NCBI GenBank assembly: GCA_038321985.1
Contig: JBBQFN010000010.1
Coordinates: 64,001 to 128,000, forward strand
DNA from: Cyanophyceae cyanobacterium
GTDB taxonomy: Bacteria; Cyanobacteriota; Cyanobacteriia; Cyanobacteriales; Laspinemataceae
Direction: 5' to 3'
Length of the DNA: 64,000 nucleotides
Position numbers and translations under genes: made by a program. Numbering within the stretch: position 1 is the stretch's first letter; every line of letters starts with the position of its first letter. The notes beneath the pieces are model-generated. The model was not told the DNA's origin, made no database searches, and saw only the letters and a list, made by a program, of their open reading frames with translations. Below, one piece after another: positions 30,259 through 39,876 of this stretch.

Positions 30259-33237
30259 TTAATCCACTCCCTCAATCGGCGCAAATCCTTGGCGCTGAAC
30301 GTTTTCGCTAACATGACGGGGTTCTAGGAATTGCAGCAGATAATCCGGTCCTCCAGCTTTTGAACCGACCCCAGACAGCTTAAATCCGCCAAAGGGTTGT
30401 CGCGCTACGATCGCCCCAGTAATGCCCCGGTTAATATACAGGTTGCCGACTTCAAACTCAGCGTAGGCACGATCAATATGAGAAGGGGTCCGGGAATATA
30501 ACCCCCCAGTTAGGGCAAAATTTGTCCCGTTAGCAATTTCTAAGGCTTCGTCAAAATCTTTAGCCCGAATCACTGCTAACACTGGACCAAAAATTTCTTC
30601 TTGGGCGATCGCCGCATCAGGTTTGACGTTACTAAAAATCGTGGGTCCAATAAAATAACCCTTCTCTGGAACCGCCATTTCTAGGACTAATTCCGCCTCA
30701 GCTTTCCCTTTAGTAATATACTCCCGAATGCGATCGCGGGCGTTGGCATCAATTACCGGTCCAATTTGGGTACTCATTGCTTCTGCTACCCCAACATTGA
30801 GCGATCGCGTAGCTTCAACCAACCGATTCACAAAGGTTTCATAAACGGGTTCTAACACAATTACCCGAGAACAAGCGGAGCATTTTTGTCCACTATATCC
30901 AAATGCCGATTGTACCACCCCTGCCACCGCTGGATCAAGGTCCGCACTTTCATCTACAATCACGGCATTTTTGCCACCCATTTCGGCAATCACCTTTTTC
31001 AGGTGTTTTTGTCCCGGTTGCAAAATAGCAGCTTCGGCATAAATTTGACAGCCGACCTCTTGAGACCCCGTAAACACAATGGTATTTACATCGGGATGTT
31101 TGACCAGATAGGAACCCACGCTAGAGCCCTTACAGGGGATATATTGAAATACCCCAGCCGGTATTCCTGCTTCGACTAAAATTTCGGCAAATTTAGCGGC
31201 AATTACGGATGAAACTTCCGCCGGTTTTAACAAGGTACAATTCCCCGCCACCAACGAAGCAACAGTCATCCCAACCGGAATGGCAAAGGGGAAATTCCAA
31301 GGAGAAATGACAATCGTAATCCCCCGGGGTTGATAGTGATAGCGGTTGGTTTCTCCAGCGACATCGTAATTGACTCCGCTATCAAGTCGTTCCATTTCAT
31401 CGGCATAATAGCGACAAAAATCAATTCCCTCGGAGATTTCTGCATCACATTCCCGTAAGGGTTTGCCAACTTCTAATACCATCCACGCGGATAATTCATG
31501 GCGGCGTTGTTCCATTAAATCTCCGGCTTTCCGAAGTAAATTAGCCCGATCGCCGGCGGGGGTGGTTCGCCACTGAGTTAAGGCAGCTTTTGCAGCGGCG
31601 ATCGCCTGATCTGCCTGTTCCAGCGACATTAACCCAATTTTGCCAATCACTTCCGTAGGATTGGAAGGATTGACCGAATCTACGGTATTTGGGGCATTGA
31701 TGCGATCGCCATTAATTAAAGGCAGATAAATTTTACCCAGTTGTTGCCGAACCGAGGCTAATGCCGTTGCCGCTTCTTCCCGTTCTTTGGTATCAGCATA
31801 ATCGCGATCGGGTGCAGCATTGGGTAATGCTTTATTGTGAATGGCGATCGCCTGATTCCCGTTGGGTTGCGGGGGGCCAATTAAACTTTCAATCGGGCGA
31901 TCTTCCTGACTTTGCCGCACAAACGAACTATTAGCTGTATTTTCGAGTAAGCGGCGAATCAGATACGCCATCCCCGGCAATAGATCCCCATAAGGGCAAT
32001 AAACCCGTACCCGATACCCCTGTTGCACCAGGGCTTTGGCGAGTTTATCTCCCATGCCGTAAAGCACCTGCATTTCAAAGCGACGGCGGGGGATATTCAG
32101 AGTCTGGGCGATCGCGATCGCGTGGGCTTGCGATCGGACATTATGAGACCCGATTGCAGCATACAAATATTCGTGATTTTCTAACAGCAACTGGGTCATC
32201 CATTCAAAATTAGCATCGGTTGCTGCTTTATCATTATAAACAGGTTGATGCCAATGTTTTTGGATGGCTTTAATGGTTTCTTGGTCCCAATATGCCCCTT
32301 TAACTAAGCGTACTGTTACGGGATTTCCCCGCTTTTTCGCCCACTCAATTAACCCTTGCAGGTCTTTTTCACTATCTCGTAGATAGGCTTGCAAGGTGAC
32401 GCCAATATCTGTGCGACTGCGGAATTCTTCTTCCATCAACAACCGCTTTAAAATTGACAGGGTGAGGTCTTTATAATGATACTGTTCCATATCAAAATGG
32501 ACCGCTGCCCCTACGGCTTGGGCGTGACGTAGCAGGGTGCGAATGCGATCAATCACGCGCGCTTCACTCCCCTCAGCATCAATGGGGTCAAATTGGGAAT
32601 AAAATGCCGTTAATTTAACTGAAACCTGTACTTGGGAAATGTTTTCCCCATCGGCTTCATCAATTTGAGGAACTTTAGACCATTTCTTAGCAACATCGGT
32701 GAGTTGAGTCATCAAATCTAGGTAGCGTTCTAGATAAGATTGCGCCTCTGCTTCGGTAATCACCGCTTCCCCTAGCAAGTCCATTGTAAACCCCATTTTG
32801 TCTTTACGAAGACGTTCAATAGTTTTAAGGGCTTGCTTAATATTTTCCCCGGAAATGTATTTTTGTGCCAGGGTTTCTACGGCAGTGGATACGGTGGTGG
32901 CTGCAATTTGACCGGGAACGGAATCCCCCCCACTAAACCCAATTAGTTTTTTGAGGGTGTCGGGGAGTTCTACTTCCTCCACGGTCAAGTATTCTTGTAA
33001 GTGACGAGCAATTTCCGGTTTGCTTCGTAATGCCGGCAGACAGTCAATAAAGCGAAATAACTGGACCCGTAAACCGGGGTTGCTCATCGCCCAGTCCAGA
33101 ATCTTATCATCCCAGCGCATTTGGTCTTGCAATTGGGCAAAAAATGAGCGCTTTTCCTGGGTTGCCGCCAGGAGTTGCTTGGCGATTTCTTGAGTTTTGG
33201 CTTCGTATGTTGTGCTTTTAGACGCTTGTACTACCAC
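30259..33237 (-). CDS. putA: Bifunctional proline dehydrogenase / P5C dehydrogenase
   Basis: PRODH motifs MDLLGE, RLVKGAYWD, YLIRRLLEN; ALDH motifs ISPWNFP, EMGGKN, GQKCSA, EEIFGP. Confidence 0.95.
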   Translation of the reverse strand: MVVQASKSTTYEAKTQEIAKQLLAATQEKRSFFAQLQDQMRWDDKILDWAMSNPGLRVQLFRFIDCLPALRSKPEIARHLQEYLTVEEVELPDTLKKLIGFSGGDSVPGQIAATTVSTAVETLAQKYISGENIKQALKTIERLRKDKMGFTMDLLGEAVITEAEAQSYLERYLDLMTQLTDVAKKWSKVPQIDEADGENISQVQVSVKLTAFYSQFDPIDAEGSEARVIDRIRTLLRHAQAVGAAVHFDMEQYHYKDLTLSILKRLLMEEEFRSRTDIGVTLQAYLRDSEKDLQGLIEWAKKRGNPVTVRLVKGAYWDQETIKAIQKHWHQPVYNDKAATDANFEWMTQLLLENHEYLYAAIGSHNVRSQAHAIAIAQTLNIPRRRFEMQVLYGMGDKLAKALVQQGYRVRVYCPYGDLLPGMAYLIRRLLENTANSSFVRQSQEDRPIESLIGPPQPNGNQAIAIHNKALPNAAPDRDYADTKEREEAATALASVRQQLGKIYLPLINGDRINAPNTVDSVNPSNPTEVIGKIGLMSLEQADQAIAAAKAALTQWRTTPAGDRANLLRKAGDLMEQRRHELSAWMVLEVGKPLRECDAEISEGIDFCRYYADEMERLDSGVNYDVAGETNRYHYQPRGITIVISPWNFPFAIPVGMTVASLVAGNCTLLKPAEVSSVIAAKFAEILVEAGIPAGVFQYIPCKGSSVGSYLVKHPDVNTIVFTGSQEVGCQIYAEAAILQPGQKHLKKVIAEMGGKNAVIVDESADLDPAVAGVVQSAFGYSGQKCSACSRVIVLEPVYETFVNRLVEATRSLNVGVAEAMSTQIGPVIDANARDRIREYITKGKAEAELVLEMAVPEKGYFIGPTIFSNVKPDAAIAQEEIFGPVLAVIRAKDFDEALEIANGTNFALTGGLYSRTPSHIDRAYAEFEVGNLYINRGITGAIVARQPFGGFKLSGVGSKAGGPDYLLQFLEPRHVSENVQRQGFAPIEGVD

Positions 33238-33742
33238 GGCTGACTTTCCCCTTTTTCCACGTTACACGACGGGTCAGGTCTCCGACGCGATCGCGCCATT
33301 GACTGCCAAACTCAATATTATAACTTTTTTCCCAGTTTGATTCTAGAAAAATCCCAGGCCAGAGGTGAAAATTTTCAGCATTTTTACTTAGGTTATCCAG
33401 GAATATTGGGCTGATTTAATGCAATAAATTCGTGATAATTATCTAAAAATAGATAGGCTCATTTCAATCAATTAAACCCTAAAAATTGAGCAGAGGAAGC
33501 ATCTCGCTCCCTACTACAATCCCGCATTTCCTACAAGGGAAAATGAACAAGGGCACGTCTGTTGCAATGAATCATCTAGTGCAAGCAAGGGAATGAGATG
33601 CTCCCTCTCTTTGAAAGAGTTCGCCAATTCATGTAGACTCCCTACCTTAAACCTTGACTTCGACTCATTTTGACAGATCCTAGTTAGTTCCAATAAATTT
33701 ATACAAAACTACACCCATTTAAGCCAAATTAATTGATGCAAT

Positions 33743-35059
33743 TTATCCCCCATATTCAAAGAGAATTTCATTCCGTTCTACTGCATCTAAATGCCCTTGA
33801 CTAGAATATCCATTAAACAGGTTGTGGACTGCGGATGGAGGAAGTAATGTCGTATGCCACGTCTGCAAGAAGTTCTTTAAGAGTTTATCCTGTTCCTGTC
33901 GAAATCCATCTAAATAATTGCCTCGGTTGAGAATAGCAAAACAAATCCAGCCTTTATCCTCGGTGGGCAGGATTCCCGCGAGGGCGCTGACATCCCATAA
34001 AGTGCCGGTTTTGACGACTGCACCCCCAGGAATCTCTCGGTAGTCCATTGTTCCGCCATCGCGACCCGCGACGGGAAATAAATCACTTAAGTTGAGATTG
34101 TGGGGTTGTAAAAATTGTTGGATTGCCATAAACATTCCACAAGTGGCCCGGGGAGAAATTTGATTTTCTTGTCCCAAACCCGACCCATTAATTAGCTGAA
34201 TTTCTGACAGGGGAACTCCGGCTGCTTCGGCGGAAAGTTTACGAACTTGGTTGATTCCCCCCAAAGAATCAGCTAACATTTGAGCCATGACGTTATTGCT
34301 GTAAATGTTCATCTGTTTTAACAGCTCACGCAAGGGCAGGGACCGATGGCGGACTAATAAGGTTTGGTTGGGAATCGGTTTGTCGGCGATCGCAATTTTT
34401 CCGGCGATCGCGACTTGAGGTTTCCGAGTCCCCGGTGCCATTTGCCAATATGCATAATCTGCCTCCGGGGTCCAGAGGCTCTCATTCAGTGCCTCTCGCA
34501 ACATTTCGCCACTCACTTCGGGATTCTCGTAAAAATTCATCGAGAAGTTGCCCGTAATAATTAAATTACCCGTTACGCGACGAATCCCCATTTGATTTAG
34601 GGTATTACCGAGAACGATCGCCTCTTCCCAAATGAAAAACGGATCATCTCCCCCGGTGATAATTAAATCCCCCTGTAAAACCCCATCAACAATTTCACCC
34701 TGAGTCCCGATCAGAATTTCAAATTGATGATTGATGTCCCACGTTAACAACGACGCTAAAGAGGTGGCGACTTTCGTAATTGAAGCCGCAGGAAGGGGAA
34801 CCGTCCCCTGGTTGTTGGCAAGGAGTTGATGACTCGATTGCACCCATACCCCTTGAGCTTCGGTGGGTAGGCCCTTGACGACCAATCCCTGCAAGTATTG
34901 CTGCACCTGCTGCTCAGTGGCTGGATCCGCAATTTGACTAAGAACGTAGCCCGGAATTGCCGGTCCCACCACTAACTCGACTGCATTTTCCCGAGGGAGT
35001 TTTAGCCCCATCATATCCAACCAGACCGAGAGCAAACCAGAACTGAGTAAATCCAGCAT
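33743..35059 (-). CDS. dacB: D-alanyl-D-alanine carboxypeptidase/endopeptidase (peptidase S13, PBP4-like)
   Basis: SxxK (ASITK), SxN (YSNN), NGSGL, KTG; likely start at ATG 35059. Confidence 0.88.
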   Translation of the reverse strand: MLDLLSSGLLSVWLDMMGLKLPRENAVELVVGPAIPGYVLSQIADPATEQQVQQYLQGLVVKGLPTEAQGVWVQSSHQLLANNQGTVPLPAASITKVATSLASLLTWDINHQFEILIGTQGEIVDGVLQGDLIITGGDDPFFIWEEAIVLGNTLNQMGIRRVTGNLIITGNFSMNFYENPEVSGEMLREALNESLWTPEADYAYWQMAPGTRKPQVAIAGKIAIADKPIPNQTLLVRHRSLPLRELLKQMNIYSNNVMAQMLADSLGGINQVRKLSAEAAGVPLSEIQLINGSGLGQENQISPRATCGMFMAIQQFLQPHNLNLSDLFPVAGRDGGTMDYREIPGGAVVKTGTLWDVSALAGILPTEDKGWICFAILNRGNYLDGFRQEQDKLLKNFLQTWHTTLLPPSAVHNLFNGYSSQGHLDAVERNEILFEYGG

Positions 35060-35268
35060 TACCACAAATTCGTAAAGCGTTCTATTATCCTTTTTACAGT
35101 GTTTTGTCAGCGATACCCTAAAAAGAAGCAAGGAATGAGAGGGGCTTCACCTTGCCGATCAGGGCTTCTTAGCAATACCGAAAAATTTTTTCCAGAATCG
35201 ATTTGTAAGATTTATGCGTTGGTTTAAGGCTTCTGGTAAAATTTGTAAGGTTTCTATGACTTCGATCA

Positions 35269-36336
35269 ATGGGATCTTCACGGGCACGGATCGCTATAGA
35301 TGCTATGGGCGGGGATAATGCCCCCGCAGCAATCGTCACGGGAGCGCTTAAAGCAGCCTCTGAGTTGGACGTAGATATTCTTTTGGTTGGCGATCCTGAA
35401 AAGATCGATACCTGCCTCAAGGAACATCAAAAAGACGCCAACTTCCCCAATCTGAATCAGGTGGAAATTGTTCCCGCTGATGAGGTGGTGGAAATGCATG
35501 AGGAGCCTTTAAGCGCGTTAAAACGGAAGCGTAATGCTTCCATTCGGGTGGCTATGGAATTGGTGAAAAATAACCAAGCCCAGGCCATTGTTTCAGCAGG
35601 GCACTCCGGTGCGGCAATGGCGGCAGCCCTTTTACATTTGGGGCGGCTGCGAGGTATTGACCGGCCAGCCATTGGTGCCATTTTTCCGACGAGTGTTCCC
35701 AATAAGTCCGTTCTGATTTTGGATGTGGGGGCGAACGTTGATTGTCGTCCTAAGTTCCTAGAACAGTTCGCGGTGATGGGAACGATTTACAGCCAATACG
35801 TTTTGGGGGTAGAAGAACCCAAGGTAGGACTGCTCAATATTGGGGAAGAACCCTCGAAGGGCAACGATCAGGCCGTTCGCACCCATCAGATGTTGGTTGA
35901 CAATCCACTGGTTCCCTTTTACGGGAACGCGGAGGGTCGCGACATTCTGTCGGGTAACTTTGATGTGATCGTCTGTGATGGCTTTGTCGGTAACGTTGTG
36001 TTGAAATTCGCCGAGGGTCTTGGGGAAATTGTTCTCAATATTCTCAAAGAAGAGTTGACCCAGGGAATCCAAGGGAAAATCGGGGTTACCCTGTTAAAAC
36101 CCAGTTTGAAACGGTTTAAACAACGGGTCGATCATGTAGAACGGGGAGGCGGCTTATTATTGGGAGTCGCCGGAATTTGCATTATTACTCATGGCAGTTC
36201 CCAAGGTGCCACGGTTTATAATGCGATTCGTTTGGCCAAAGATGCCATCGACCACAATGTGATCGATCGAATGCAGTCTCAGTTTGAATTGCACAAGCAG
36301 CTAACGGCAGTACCCGAACCGACGGCTGAAAGTTAA
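35269..36336 (+). CDS. plsX: Phosphate acyltransferase PlsX
   Basis: IAIDAMGGDNAP, GIDRPA, LDVGANVD, NIGEEPSKG, VCDGFVGN. Confidence 0.97.
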   Translation: MGSSRARIAIDAMGGDNAPAAIVTGALKAASELDVDILLVGDPEKIDTCLKEHQKDANFPNLNQVEIVPADEVVEMHEEPLSALKRKRNASIRVAMELVKNNQAQAIVSAGHSGAAMAAALLHLGRLRGIDRPAIGAIFPTSVPNKSVLILDVGANVDCRPKFLEQFAVMGTIYSQYVLGVEEPKVGLLNIGEEPSKGNDQAVRTHQMLVDNPLVPFYGNAEGRDILSGNFDVIVCDGFVGNVVLKFAEGLGEIVLNILKEELTQGIQGKIGVTLLKPSLKRFKQRVDHVERGGGLLLGVAGICIITHGSSQGATVYNAIRLAKDAIDHNVIDRMQSQFELHKQLTAVPEPTAES

Positions 36337-36418
36337 CGGTACCGATCCGGCTGCGATCGCGCCTGGGATACTCGAAATAACCGCGTATGACTCAAGAACC
36401 GACCGAGGGAGAATCAGT

Positions 36419-37417
36419 TTGAAAGAAATAGGGGTAGGCATTGCAATTACAGGAAGCGGTTCGGCGACTCCAACGAACGCCCTAGATAATCAAGCGCTTT
36501 GTCAGATGGTGGAGACTTCGGAGGAGTGGATCGAGTCTCGCACGGGGATTCGTTCCCGTCGGGTGGCTTCGATTGAAGAGTCACTGACCGAACTGGCGAC
36601 TCAGGCAGCCCGAGAGGCAGTCGCCATGTCCGGTATCCAACCCACGGACCTAGATTTGATTGTTCTGGCGACTTCGACGGCAGATGACCTGTTTGGCAGT
36701 GCTTCCAAAATTCAGGCTAATCTAGGGGCAACAAGGGCAGTCGCTTTTGACCTCACCGCTGCCTGTTCGGGGTTTCTGTTTGGTTTCGTCACCGCGGCCC
36801 AATTTGTCCGCACGGGGGTCTACAAAAATGTCCTGGTGATTGGGGCTGATGTCCTTTCGCGCTGGGTGGATTGGAGCGATCGCCGCACCTGTATTTTGTT
36901 TGGCGATGGTGCCGGTGCCGTGGTGATGCAGGCCAACACCACTCGTGATCGCCTCCTCGGTTTTGAACTGTGCAGCGATGGTACCCAAAATGACTGTCTG
37001 ACTCTGGCTTTCCAACCCCAAGAAAAAGCCCTCACCCCTACGGTGTCCGTTGGCCCAGGCACCTATCAGTTCATCGAAATGAATGGTAAAGAAGTCTACC
37101 GATTCGCCGTAAAACGAGTGCCGGAAGTCATCGAAAAAGCCCTATATCGAGCGGATATTGGGGTCGATCGCGTGGACTGGCTGTTGCTGCATCAAGCCAA
37201 TCAGCGCATTCTCGATGCCGTCGCCGTCAGACTTAACATTCCCACCCATAAAGTCTTGGGCAATCTCGCCAACTATGGCAACACCTCCGCTGCTTCTATC
37301 CCGATCGCCTTGGATGAAGCGGTGCGATCGGGCAAAATTCAACCCGGAGATGTGATTGCCGCTGCCGGTTTTGGTGCTGGGCTGACTTGGGGTTCTGCCA
37401 TTTTTGAATGGGGGTAA
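36419..37417 (+). CDS. fabH: 3-oxoacyl-ACP synthase III
   Basis: AACSGF, LFGDGAGA, HQANQRI, YGNTSAASIP, GFGAGLTWG. Confidence 0.97.
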   Translation: MKEIGVGIAITGSGSATPTNALDNQALCQMVETSEEWIESRTGIRSRRVASIEESLTELATQAAREAVAMSGIQPTDLDLIVLATSTADDLFGSASKIQANLGATRAVAFDLTAACSGFLFGFVTAAQFVRTGVYKNVLVIGADVLSRWVDWSDRRTCILFGDGAGAVVMQANTTRDRLLGFELCSDGTQNDCLTLAFQPQEKALTPTVSVGPGTYQFIEMNGKEVYRFAVKRVPEVIEKALYRADIGVDRVDWLLLHQANQRILDAVAVRLNIPTHKVLGNLANYGNTSAASIPIALDEAVRSGKIQPGDVIAAAGFGAGLTWGSAIFEWG

Positions 37418-37474
37418 CCCACCCGAAGTCACTCTCCCTCTATTTATTGACCCCTAACAACGAACAACTGACTA

Positions 37475-38356
37475 ATGACGAAAACAGCATGGGTGTTTCC
37501 GGGACAGGGTTCCCAAGCCCTAGGCATGGGCGGAGATTTAGCAACCCTACCCATCGCTCAAGAAAAATATGCCGCCGCTGAGACCATTCTCGGCTGGTCC
37601 GTTCTGGAAATTTGCACCAGCGCCGAAGATAAACTCACCAGCAGTCTCTACACCCAACCGAGTCTCTACGTTGTCGAGAGCATTCTGGCTGATTTAATGC
37701 GCGATCGCGCTCAACAGCCTGACTTGGTTGCCGGTCATAGTTTGGGCGAATATGTTGCCCTCTATGCCGCTGGGGTCTTTGACTTCGAGACGGGATTACA
37801 ACTGGTCAAACATCGGGCAGAATTAATGAACACGATTGCCGGGGGCCAAATGACGGCCCTAATTGGCTTTAACCGGGAACAGCTTGAGGAGCAAATTCGG
37901 GCCACCCCCGATGTGGTCCTAGCCAATGACAACAGTGACGGTCAAGTGGTCATTTCGGGGACTCCTGAAGCTGTAGATGCAGTTGTCGCAGCCATCAAGG
38001 TAAAACGCGCCGTCAAATTAAATGTCGCCGGTGCGTTTCATTCCCCCTTCATGGAACCCGCACAGGTTGAATTCCAAAAAGCTCTCGATGCGGTTCCCTT
38101 TACCGATGCAATAGTTGCGGTTTTATCTAATACCGACCCCACCCCCGAAACGAGAGCCGAAGTTTTAAAACAACGTCTCTCTAAGCAGATGACGGGTTCG
38201 GTGCGGTGGCGGGAAATCATGTTACAACTCCCCCAGGAAGGCATCAACCAGGTCGTAGAAATTGGCCCGGGCAAGGTACTCAGTAATTTAATCAAACGCA
38301 CTTGTTCCGATCTCGTCCTTGCCAATGTCAGCACGGTAGCTGACTTACCGGGATAA
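37475..38356 (+). CDS. fabD: Malonyl-CoA:ACP transacylase
   Basis: FPGQGSQ, GHSLGEY, GAFHS, EIGPG. Confidence 0.97.
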   Translation: MTKTAWVFPGQGSQALGMGGDLATLPIAQEKYAAAETILGWSVLEICTSAEDKLTSSLYTQPSLYVVESILADLMRDRAQQPDLVAGHSLGEYVALYAAGVFDFETGLQLVKHRAELMNTIAGGQMTALIGFNREQLEEQIRATPDVVLANDNSDGQVVISGTPEAVDAVVAAIKVKRAVKLNVAGAFHSPFMEPAQVEFQKALDAVPFTDAIVAVLSNTDPTPETRAEVLKQRLSKQMTGSVRWREIMLQLPQEGINQVVEIGPGKVLSNLIKRTCSDLVLANVSTVADLPG

Positions 38357-38431
38357 TTTTCCCCCAACAGACGCCCTAATTTATTGCGTCTGTTTTTCCC
38401 CTAATTTCTAATCATTGATTCCTCATTTCTT

Positions 38432-39070
38432 GTGGAAAAAAACCGCGAACCTGTTGTCAGCTTACTTCTGTATCGCTTGTTTAAGTGGTCAGTGATTAGC
38501 CCCTTACTTCATACCTACTTCCGGGGACGGATCTATGGTGCTGAAAACGTGCCCATGTCAGGTCCTCTGGTTGTGGTTAGCAATCATGCCAGTGATTATG
38601 ACCCCCCGATTCTGGCTAGCTGTATGAATCGCCCGGTCGCTTTTATGGCTAAGGAGGAATTATTTAAAGTTCCTGCTTTAAGAGAAGCAATTACGTTATA
38701 TGGGGCCTATCCAGTTCGCCGAGGTGCGGGCGATCGCGCTGCGATGCGGGCGGCATTGTCTGTCCTAGATGCGGGTTGGGCAACAGGGCTATTTTTGGAC
38801 GGAACCCGGAGCCCCGATGCACGCATTCACGACCCTAAACTCGGGGCGGCATTGATTGCAGCTAAGGCTCAAGTGCCTCTGTTGCCGGTGAGTTTGTGGG
38901 GAACCCAGGCGATCGTTAAAAAAGGCGCACTGATTCCCAAACCGGTCCCGGTGACAATCCGCATCGCAGAGGTAATCCCCGCCCCAACTTCTACGAAGCG
39001 AGAAGAATTAGAGGCAATAACCCAGCAGTGTGTACAGGTAATTCATGGGTTACATGATTTAGGCCGCTGA
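38432..39070 (+). CDS. plsC: 1-acyl-sn-glycerol-3-phosphate acyltransferase
   Basis: NHASDYD (HX4D), FMAKEELF, FLDGTRS; located in the plsX operon. Confidence 0.9.
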   Translation: MEKNREPVVSLLLYRLFKWSVISPLLHTYFRGRIYGAENVPMSGPLVVVSNHASDYDPPILASCMNRPVAFMAKEELFKVPALREAITLYGAYPVRRGAGDRAAMRAALSVLDAGWATGLFLDGTRSPDARIHDPKLGAALIAAKAQVPLLPVSLWGTQAIVKKGALIPKPVPVTIRIAEVIPAPTSTKREELEAITQQCVQVIHGLHDLGR

Positions 39071-39121
39071 TTCATTTGAGGGAGATGAGGGTGGTTCAAC
39101 AACCAGCTTCCCCCATCTCTA

Positions 39122-39736
39122 CTAATCTTCTTCCCCAGGACTGGATGGGGCAAACCTGGCTCCCGTGAGGCCGGTAGTTACCCACAAAATAGCTCGGGCT
39201 CCATCACGAATTGCTTTTTCAAGGGGTTCGGGCGATCGCCCCGAGGGTACGGGTAGGGATTTGAAGGTAATCCCTCGACTCCCTAGGACAATCTCTCCAA
39301 TCACCTGGGCGCGGCGCATATGGTCATCTGAGGTAACCAAATACACGCTCTCAATCCCGTGGGACTTCAATTCATCGACTAGAGTTGTAAAATTGGTAAC
39401 CGTATCCTGGGCTTGATAGTCTAGATGCACCCGCGTCAGGTCAATCCCAGCTTCTGAGAAAACCCATTCGGCATATTCTGGATTGCTGCCACCGGAGACC
39501 CAGATCTCTAACTGGGGATTTTTTTGGGCAAACTCTGCCGCAAATTCTTCTCGCTCTAAAGCCCCACCCAAAACCAACAGCGCTTGGGGGGTATCAATAT
39601 AGTTTCTGACTTGTTTGTAGGCGATCGAGCCTATCAGGGACAATCCCAAAAGCAGCCATACCAAAGATCTGCCTGGGGATTGCTTCGTTTTTGCACTCCT
39701 GTGAAGTCTTCCTTTCAGACAGATCTTCAACAACAT
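39122..39736 (-). CDS. YdcF/DUF218 family protein
   Basis: LVLGG, VSGG, A.DTVTNF, LVTSDDHMRRA. Confidence 0.88.
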   Translation of the reverse strand: MLLKICLKGRLHRSAKTKQSPGRSLVWLLLGLSLIGSIAYKQVRNYIDTPQALLVLGGALEREEFAAEFAQKNPQLEIWVSGGSNPEYAEWVFSEAGIDLTRVHLDYQAQDTVTNFTTLVDELKSHGIESVYLVTSDDHMRRAQVIGEIVLGSRGITFKSLPVPSGRSPEPLEKAIRDGARAILWVTTGLTGARFAPSSPGEED

Positions 39737-39876
39737 ATCTCAAGTTACCAACTATTTATTCAGTAGTCACGGAACCAGTCCCCGGATTTCGTGATCCACG
39801 AACCGGGGGCAAGATTTCATACTATAGACTAACAGAGAACGGGACTGGCCGGATTTGAACCGGCGACCTAGCGCTT

